Of a stretch of 64,000 nt of DNA, positions 40,701-49,907 are shown in pieces. Each line of letters begins with the position of its first letter. The first letter of the stretch is position 1. The notes below the pieces were generated by a model that saw only the letters and a program-made list of their open reading frames with translations, searched no databases and was not told the DNA's origin. A program made the position numbers and the translations under genes. The DNA comes from Selaginella moellendorffii (Eukaryota > Plantae > Lycopodiophyta), in contig NW_003314262.1 of assembly GCF_000143415.4 (NCBI RefSeq), forward strand, positions 1,415,960 to 1,479,959, read 5' to 3'.

Positions 40701-40927
40701 TGGCATGAGCCCTCATGCCATTAGTGGTACCACTAATGGCATGAGGCTTCACGCTATCTTTGGCCCCTGCTAGCCTGTTGCTATATTCCTTTTGCCTTGT
40801 TGCAACTGTATATATTTTTGTGTGCGTGACTAGTCACCCATACAAAAATATATACAGTTGCAGCAAGGCAAAAGGAATATGGCAATAGGCTAGCAGGGGC
40901 CAAAGATGGCATGAGGCCTCATGCCAT
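40701..40927. repeat. Overlapping palindromes upstream of the transposase: 56 bp (40701-40756) and 192 bp (40736-40927)
   Basis: Spacerless centres TAGTGGT|ACCACTA and GTGACT|AGTCAC; the arms end in 22-bp motif copies. Confidence 0.95.
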
Positions 40928-41117
40928 CTTGATATACACACAGCTGCAGGCAAGTAAAAACATACATGACAATACGCTAGCCATGAAATTGCAAGGGCCC
41001 AAGATGGCATGTGGCCTCATGCCATTTCTAAATGTGGTCCTAAACCATTCCATGGTGAACATACCAGGAAGCACAAGTGCCGAATATCAAGAGGAAGCGG
41101 TAGCCACACCAAAGACA

Positions 41118-41250
41118 GTGCCGCTCGCAACACCGCAACTACTCGTAGCGCCGCTCGCAACACCGCAACTGCTCGTAGCGCCGCTCGCACAAACTGCCAC
41201 TCGCATAAACTGCCGCTCGCAATGGCGCTCGCAATGCCGCAACCGCTTGT
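41118..41250. repeat. CpG-rich 30-bp minisatellite (GCCGCTCGCAACACCGCAACT.CTCGTAGC)
   Basis: Two full tandem units plus degenerate partial units. Confidence 0.8.
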
Positions 41251-42047
41251 AGACGCATAAACCACAGCTCACAACGCCGCTTACACAAGCAGCGCTCACT
41301 GCGCTCAGCGGAACCAAGAACACGGCGCACAAAAATGATAGACCTAGGAATGAGTTCGAGAATTCAAAAATAACACACGCTTGAACGTCACATCAAATCC
41401 TCTGACAAACCAGATCTTATGATTCCTCTGACAAATTTCAAACTGAGTAGCTTCTAGACTTTGCTGTCGGAGGTTGAACTTTGTCACATCATGTCCTTGC
41501 CTCGATCCAGCTGTGCCATGTCAGTGATTCGAACTTTGCCATGCCATGTCAGCGATCCGCGCCAAGATTATTCGCCGTGTAAAGGAATAATTATGCTGTG
41601 TGTGTACGTCCATTTATGGCAATATAAGGCCACACGCCATTCAATGAATAATGCTAGTCGAGCATTTTTTGGTGCATTTTTGGGTTCAAAATTGCATGAG
41701 CCCACACGCTATAAAGTTTACCTGTACCAAAAATAGAAACAGCTTTATTTACTTGGGAATTTATATGGCTGAGGCATTTTTAAACTTACAAACACATGCC
41801 CTACTTACATTCCTTTGGTTGCTTAAAATTCAAAAATATTATAAACCTTTTTTTTTGCATTTTCAATGTTTTCAATTATGGTTTTTGATTTTCGCAGGAC
41901 CAGCCTAGTAATCTATTTGCATCCCGTCATGTTTATAGCTAGCTTTCGTTTGTCCCCTTCGCTGGCCTGAGATACATCTGCTCGGCATCTGCCTCTTACA
42001 GCATTTGCCCAGAAAGGGCATCTTTCTTCACGCAGCATTTGCCACAT

Positions 42048-42080
42048 GTTTAGGGTTAGGGTTTAGGGTTTAGGGTTTAG
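42048..42080 (+). repeat. Interstitial plant telomere-type repeats / telo-boxes (TTTAGGG)
   Basis: GTTTAGGGTTAGGGTTTAGGGTTTAGGGTTTAG between the two divergent genes. Confidence 0.9.
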
Positions 42081-42799
42081 CAATTCAGTAGCTTGATAAA
42101 CATGCAAATACAGAACTTAATGCAAAATCCTTTGATATGTGACAATGCCCCTAGGACCATAAACACATTTCAATAGAGAGGGTCCTTTCATTTCATAACT
42201 CCTTACGTAGATCTTGGTGAAACCAGAGTTAGTGAAGTTGGTTTCTTGTGATCCCGCATCTGATTATGATGTCCCTTTGCAGTGTCGATGGAAAGGTCAA
42301 TGCACACCAAACTGTAGAATCTTGGAGCAAAATAACGGTCGGATCTATAGCAAATGCCCCTGAAACATTGTAAGGCTCGTGTGGTCTCATGTGGTGTCCG
42401 ATCGAGATGCTTCTTTGCAGGGTCATCAAGAAGGACATTGTATACCATTCTGTAAAATCTAGTTGCGATCTAACGGTTGGATCTCCAGGAAACTCAAAAC
42501 AATCTCGCGCGTGTCAGAATATTCTAGGAATATACTCCTATGTGCTCCTGAAAATGGCATGCGGTCCCACGCCATTCAAGAGATAACGCCAGATGACGCC
42601 GAGCATTTTTTAGTGCATTTTTTGGGATCAAAATTGCATGAGCCCACATGCTTGAACGTCACATCAAATCCTTTGACAATTTATTTAGCTGAACATCTGG
42701 CATTTTTGGAAATACAAGATGCTTTGGAATATCCAATCATGCATGGTATAAATATAGCGAGGGTATTAAATGATATCCCAATCATGATCTTTCTTTTAG

Positions 42800-43322
42800 A
42801 TTTCACGTGCATGCAGTCCGAGGAATGATGACGTTGCGGATTTCTTTTGGATTTCACGCATGCGCGCGCCGATCCAGAAATTAATGGTGGCGCCCAAGTC
42901 CGAGAAATGATGACGTGGCGGGATTACCAACCGTCGTGACATTTTGCGCGTGTGAGGTTAGGTTTTGCATTTTGCTTCGTACTCGCGCTCGCACACTCGC
43001 GCTCGCATCGCGCTCCCACTCGCGCTCCCACTTCTCTACAGGTTTCTCGTGTGCATCGGCGTCCACTCGCGCTTGCATCACACTCGCGCTCGCATCGCGC
43101 TCGTGTGCATCGGCGTCCACTTCAAGACACACCCAGTTTGTAACTTCGCCGCCAACTCCGCCGCCCACTCTGCCACCCACACGCAGCCCACTTGGCGTCC
43201 CGGGAGATTTCAGCGCCACTCTCCAACTGTAAGTGGCAGAGTAGCCTTGCTGCTACGATCCGCTGCACACACAGTGCACATTCGCCAGCGAGTCCGGTTG
43301 TCACGCCTCCATTCGGCTTCAA
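42800..43322 (+). promoter_or_regulatory. CpG-rich putative promoter/5' UTR of the cargo gene
   Basis: Dense CG dinucleotides, TGATGACGT repeats and short direct repeats directly upstream of ATG 43323; function is inferred. Confidence 0.45.
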
Positions 43323-46300
43323 ATGGTAAGTCTTTTAGGCCAAGTAGAAAATGGCATGAGGCCACATGCCATTCAGTAGCAACATTGGCATGCACCGATT
43401 GGGCTCTCGAGTGCAGTCCGGTTACAGATGGCGTGTAGCCTCACGCCATCTTAGGATGCAGCCTCAAGACATCTGATGCAGTGGTGAATGGCGTGTGGCC
43501 TCACGTTATTTCCAGCTACTAGCTTTTCATCTGTCAGCTCTAATTGTTGTGCATTTCTGAACAGGCAAGGAATTGCGTTCTTCTTCCAGCCACTGTCAAT
43601 GTGGATGCAGAGAAGGGGGAGGAGCTCACCAGTTGGACTTTTGGGATGGAAGGCGAGGATCTGAGGCTGTACAACACAGATGGTGGGAGAAAAGAATGCA
43701 TGGGGATCCTCATCCAAGTGACAGACACTCCATGCAGTTCCATGCAAGAATATGGACTGGCACTTGTGGTAGAGACAGCGTCTGCCTTCAAGATCCACCT
43801 TGCACATCCTAGCGGCTTTCCGGAGGGGGGCAGCGGCTATGAGGAATTCCTAGAGGGAGCTAGGGAGAGGTTGTCTAGGAGGCCCACAATTTCAAAGACG
43901 CTGCGGGTCTATGAAGATCACATGGAATCCACAGACCTCACCTACGGCGATGTTCAAAAACTATATTCCAACATTGAGCCGTTGAGAGTGACTCCAGTTC
44001 GCGAAGCAAAGGGGAAGGGGGTCGATCTGGAAACTACCTCGAAGCAGAAAAGGGTGGTCAAGCTCAAGCCGACGTCCGACTCTCCTGCTCCAAAAAAGAA
44101 GCTACTCAGTGATGCCATTGCCTCGGGTTCGAACACTACACCCACCAAAAAGAAGAGCCGCAAAGAGCAGAAAGAGCAAGAAGAGGCAGCAAAAATCGTC
44201 GCAGATAATAGTACTTGTTACTATTCCAACAAAGTATATACAATCGACGTGAGCCGTATCGACATCCAAAGCAAATACAACCACAGGCTAGTATCTGATG
44301 AGTGGGTGGAGAAACTGAAGCAGAAGATGCTGGCAAGTCTAGTAACACCCGACATCGCAGACGTGATCCCCTACTACCGAACAATGAAGGGCGAGACGAG
44401 GTTTCCAGACTTGATCAATAGGAAGGTGTTGGACGATCAGAACATCCGGTTCTATGCCGTCTCCGGGCAGCATTCTAGCTTGGCGATGCAAGAGATAGTT
44501 GTGGATATTATGGTGGGCGAGGAGGTGAAGAAAGTCTTCAAGACAAGAGTTGTCCGCCTGATAAAAGGCAACTCGCCCCTCCGATCTATCATATACATCT
44601 CCCACGCGCAGAATGTCAAGCAAGAAACGTGCTACAAATCGGGTCTGCACGAGACATTGGCACGAACACGGAAGCTCTGGGTTCAACTGAAGAAGCCACA
44701 AAAACCAGGACAAGGACGTGCACTAGCAACTAACGCCTGGCAGGTAAGCCTCGTTGCATGTGGCATAGCATGTGGCCTCACGCCATTTCCATTGCAGGAA
44801 TTCTCGAGTCTTCTCTCGAAAACACTGGGGGTCAATGACACACTCAGCATCCATAACATTCTACTCGCGACAAAAGTTGTTTTTGACAAATGGGTAGATG
44901 TGCTGAGGAGGTACCATGACGGGGAGTTGCCAAACTCAATGGGTGTGGAGGACGGCCGGAAGCCCAATGATTTGAAGCTCAACGCCTTGCGTTTCTCGTG
45001 GTCTCTAGACGACGACGACCTTCTGACAGTGGCTAATGCTCTTCTACGTGGTGAGGTAGTCTTCAACAAGACCAAAATGACTCCCGGCCATATTGTGACA
45101 TACGAGGACTTGTGCACGACTCTGAGAGCTCGTGCGCTATTGAAGGATTGGATCTTCGAGCAAGTGGCCGTGGAGAGGGTGAGCATCGACACCATGCAAG
45201 AGATGATGGAAGCGCTGGAGTTGTCAAATGAAGACATCGACGAGTACGTGAAGGGGGCCCCCAAGTTCATCGATCTGCTGCGGGATGCCACGAAAAGTAA
45301 AGCTGAGAAGTTGGATCAGTATCCAAATTTCATTAAGATTGATGTCGACCACCGGCTTCAGAAACAGCTCGACCCCGCAGCAGAGGCCTATCGAGAACCT
45401 TACCGGGTATACTTGAATTCGGATGAGGATCAAAGGTGGAGGAGCATCGTTTCCCGCGGAGATGAGCAGGTCAAGAACATCTTTTGTGTGATGGACTTCA
45501 CAAACGAGGAGATCACTCATGCAGACGAAGTCAGCTCCATCATTGACTTAATGGTGGGACTTGCGGAGGTGGAATCTTCAGTCCACTATATGATCTACGA
45601 CTCCGAATCCTATCACAAGTTCTGGAAGGCATTGAACGAGGTGAAGGCTCGGTTGAAAGGCAAGGAGATGCGGGAGATCCATGGGATAATGGCTAAGAAG
45701 AAGATACCGACGAATGTCCGCATCTTCACACTCGCCCTTGTTATTGGTCCTGCAGCAGAGTGGGACTAGAGTGACTTCCCAGCTTCGTTCGACAAGGCCA
45801 ATCGAATTGATCTGAGGGAGGTCAATTTACCCGTGCCTGAGGAACTGAAGACGGCTATGGAGCTTTCGAATCCAAAGAAAGCTCCAGGTGCAGCATGGGA
45901 AATGCTTAGCTGGGTCTTCAACGCAATAGCGGGTGGGTCACCTGCTTCCGACTCCAAGGGCAAATGCGTTGTCGAGTACAACTGCGGCGGACTATTCTTT
46001 CGAGCCGCACTACTCAAGGGTGTCCCGTGTGTTGCGGTAACAAACTCCATTGAAGAGGTGACTTCAATGGAGCATATAATTACAGTTGCCAAAGAAAAAC
46101 AGTATCTTCTCTGCGAACCTGGTGAGTACACACTTTAAGTTTAAATGTTATCTCACAAGCTCTGTATGCAGGAGCGTGGCCACCCCCAGATGTTGAAACG
46201 GCGTTAACAGCTACTGTTGAAGATACCCATGTTGGGCCGAGCTCACAACCTGCACAAGGTAAGGTCACGTGAGGCCTCACGCCATTTTGATTATAGATCG

Positions 46301-48941
46301 TTGTGAATATTCAGACACGAGGACTGAAAAGCGCACTGGTGGCGCATCGAAGAAGGACAAACAGACAAGCAATAGGAAAAAAGGAGGTACAAATTATATT
46401 TGCAATGGCGTGTGGTCTCATGCCATTCCTTGCAGGAGAAACTTCTTCAAAGGCAAAACAGGCAAGCACCAGCCAAGCTCAAACTGACAGTGGTCATAAA
46501 AAGCGAAAGCACGTTGGACAGTCGTCGAAATCAGAGGCGTTTGATTCGAAAAGGAAGAAGGGCAACGAAAAGATGATAGGTAATGCCTCGCGGTTATGGC
46601 GTGTGTGCTCATGCCATTCATTGCAGATCAAGGGCTGAGTGAAAGCAGGCAGTCACCACCTCATGACTCAGATTCCTATGGCGGACTCCCCTTCCCCAAT
46701 CTCAATGGAGAGGTACAATAGATGAGGGAAGCTTTTCAAGTCAGGGCCACGTTTTTCTCATCTCGTCGTCTTCGAAGGGTGCAAGAACGTGCAGAAACCA
46801 TGTTAAGACAGTCGGGTGAGGATACGGTCCTAGGTCACGCACTAAAACAGGCTATGGATGTCTTGTATTTTGAGATGGAGACTCGGCCAGATGATTTTCC
46901 CAAGATGGTCCTGGAAGAACAAGCCATCCAGCCTGAGCAGCCTATGGAAGAAATGCAGGAGGGGGATGAGGAGCCAGAGAAAGATAATGAGCAGGAAGAG
47001 CAGAAGGACGAAGAGGAGGACAAAGAAGAGGAGGACGAAGAAGAGGAGGACGAAGAGGACTTGGATGGTCCTCACAATGGTGACGATCACAATAATGACG
47101 ACGACGATGATGACGACGATGGCCAGCCTGAGGTGGCCAAAGAGCAGCGGAGGAAGGTCATACAAGACAAACCATCAGGTAAATAATAGTACATCCATTC
47201 CTAACCTTTTACCATTTCTAACATTGTCCATGTAGGTCGCAGAGCAAATGGTAAGTAGAGATTATTCAGTTGAATTTACAAACTCTAGCCTTTAGTGTCG
47301 AGGAAGGATAGTGCCAAGCAAGGGTCGAAACGTATGTCCAATCCTTCAGAATCAGCAGTGCGCCCAAGTGATATCGGTCCTAGTTCCTCAATAGCAGTTG
47401 ATGGTAAATACAGTATAGTCGATTCAATGTGCTAATGAGTTTGTTTTTAGTAGCACGGGAGGATACCATCTCAATCGAAGGGAGATATTTGGACATGCAT
47501 ATGGATCCGCCAGTGGACTCTACTTGGCTGCAAGAGTCATCAGAGCTGGTGGAGGCTACTATCCATATCAACGCCAAGCAAGCTGACCACGCTCCACTTG
47601 ATGCTGCCCATACCACTGAGTCAATCTTGTCCACGTATCCAACTGACGGTGACCAGGCGCCATTGGACCCACATGAGGCCGCCCCAGCCGCCGAGCCGGT
47701 CGTATCCTCATTTCCAACGGACTCAACATGTGCCCAATCGTCTGACTACGCGCCGTTGGAACCTCCCCCGCCCCTGCTGCCTGTTCGGTCATGTCCACTT
47801 TGCCAACGGAGGCACCAGCTGAAATGGCGTGTGATCACACGCCATCGGAACCACCCCATGCCACTGTTGAGCCAGTTGTACCAGAGTCTACAGCTGAAAT
47901 GGCATGTGCCCACACGCCATCGGATGCGATTGACCCCACATTGCAGAGGAGAGTATTTCCGCCCTTCACGTTTCCTCGACCAAAACCCTCTCAACGACCA
48001 TCGGGAGCAACATTCGCTAATATTGTAGATGGTAAAATTGACTTGTACCATTTTTTATGCTGACGCATTTCATTTCAGAGTCACGGCGAAGGTACTGTAT
48101 CGTTTTTGATCTGAACGGTGTCCTTTTCTCCCATGAGCGTGGCTCGTCCTCGAATGTCATTGCACCCTCCAAAGCCTGCGGTCGCAAGTTGGTCAAAAGA
48201 GACAGATTCACATTAATCACACGGGAGAAACTGCAGGATCTAATAATGACCATGCGACACTTAAAACAGAGGGCCGGGTTCAATTTGCAATTGGGAGTTT
48301 GGACATCCATGATGCGCCACAATGCATTAACGTTGCTACAGATGATGCACGATCAGACGCGAGTAATATTACCATTTGACTTTCTCCTAACGCAGGAGGA
48401 TTGCTTGAGTATGGTCCATGTGAGGGGTAGCAAGCCCATCTTCGTCAAGCCAGAGGCTGTAGTGATGAACCGGACTGCTAGCTCAAGTGAAATCCTCATC
48501 ATCGATGACTCGCCGATTAAAACTGCAGCGAACACGCACACATATGCAGTGCACCCCATCTCTTGCAGTATGGAAACTAGGGAGAAGAAACCGTATGTTC
48601 TGGGGGACCTTGCAAAACGGCTTGGAGCGATGGTGATAGAGAACCGGCCAGTCCAGGAGGTGGCTGCAGAAATCAACCAAATGGCAGATGGAATGGTATA
48701 TCAAAAGCCATTTGATCGGACAAACACCAGTCATCATTTATGGCATGTATATTGTCTAGCCAAGCACTATCCGCATCTCCATAATCTGCTCAACCGGATG
48801 GGTTCTTCGACCACTGAACATGAGCGTGGACGTATTAGAGAAGAGATGGCATTACTATTGGGTTTAAATCCTGATAGTGTGGAGAGTGATGAAATTCCAA
48901 GATTATTGTATAGGCGTTGGAGGCAAAAAATAACAGTCTGA
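43323..48941 (+). pseudogene. Transposon cargo gene, 11 exons, ~1640 aa: ParB-like domain, MTase-like segment, acidic/low-complexity linker, FCP1/NIF-type HAD phosphatase; three lesions in this copy
   Basis: GT-AG introns at 43326-43564, 44744-44797, 46122-46171, 46259-46314, 46387-46435, 46580-46626, 47179-47235, 47251-47295, 47404-47450 and 48032-48078 join the ORFs in frame. In-frame TAGs at 45767 and 46719, and a 1-bp frameshift in the C-run near 47762-47775. Confidence 0.8.
48079..48941 (+). CDS. Terminal exon: FCP1-homology (NIF) HAD-superfamily domain
   Basis: IVFDLNGVL (motif I variant), GVWTSMM (II), FVKP (III), LIIDDSPIK (IV). Confidence 0.8.
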
Positions 48942-49383
48942 GATGGCATGTATTTATTTAAAAATGTAACTTATTATGGCATGGGGTTCCATGCCATTGT
49001 ATTAATATTAAAAGACAATTCTTTGAGAGGATTTGCATTATACTAGAAGTGTTACAGCATGTTATTGGAAGTCTACGAAGTTGTTTTATTAATAAGGGGA
49101 AAGTAAAGATTGAATGGGGACTTGGGCTCCACCTAGACTCGGAGCAACTGAGCCAATATTAAAAGGATGGAAAGAAATTGGGCGACGATGACAAGGAGAA
49201 GAGAGAGGTGAAGCAGTGGCAGGGGGAGGAGAAGTGATTGAGTAGACATTTCCTTGTTTAAAATAAAATGGCATGTGCCTCAATGCAATTGAATTTTGTT
49301 ATATTTATATACTATATAAAGGTTTGGAAACCTTATTTTACAAGTGGGATAATGACAATTCCCACTTTAACGAAATAGAGCTT

Positions 49384-49907
49384 TAGTCTCTGGGACAAAC
49401 TTGAAACTTACTAAATATGGAATGGCGCTAAATTGCGAATTTGGACATGGGACGAACACCATTGTGTTTAAGACAATCTCTACATTTCGTAGATATGCCA
49501 AATGAGCAAATCTAGACACTTTCCATAAATAGTATTTGGGACCGAATTGAGACTAACACAAAAGGCATGATAACGAGGGTGTTTGGCAAACACGGTAAGC
49601 TATCATCCAGCGATATTGAGGACTAATCTCAATATGCGATAGTTCTTGTCAAGCCAGTGCAAGACAGAGCAAAAGAGAACTAATAAGTCCGGCCAAGTAT
49701 GCTTGGCTAAATAGACACTTAGGAATTCCTTCCTTATGCTCATCCGACCAAATACAGATACAAAGTTCAGTTTACTAACACTTGAACAAGAGGGACTAAT
49801 AAAAGGTCCAACAATACCGACCTCCTGCCATCGTGGCAGTAAGGTAAGAGTGTTCGTAAGGACTAACTGACAGGTAACTTTTGATACCCAAAGTCACATT
49901 CCCAACA
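49384..49907. repeat. Remainder of the ~1-kb-family LTR that hosts the DNA transposon
   Basis: Colinear with 14203-14727 and 52150-52675. Confidence 0.85.

Larger units (their letters stand above)
36799..49383. mobile_element. 12.6-kb TIR DNA transposon, Sola1-like, with two divergent genes
   Basis: 24-bp perfect TIR AAGCTCTATTTCGTTAAAGTGGGA at 36799-36822 and 49360-49383. 4-bp TSD TAAT/TAGT (36795-36798, 49384-49387; one mismatch). Removing the element restores the LTR sequence GGAGTTAGTCTCT seen intact at ~52145 and 14198. Confidence 0.92.

Noticed and set aside
42048-42080. True telomere or chromosome fusion site
   Set aside because: Only ~4 units, internal to a TIR-bounded element.
40911-43438. 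Many short ORFs between the two transposon genes
   Set aside because: They derive from GC-rich minisatellites and palindromes, with no recognisable domains.
43544-48941. Treating ORFs 43544, 45833, 46722, 47429 and 48057 as separate genes
   Set aside because: Short GT-AG introns join them in a consistent phase into one reading frame.
37025-49290. Palindromic repeats as a CRISPR array
   Set aside because: Spacing is irregular (tens of bp to kb), copies lie in introns and CDS, the context is eukaryotic and no cas genes are present.
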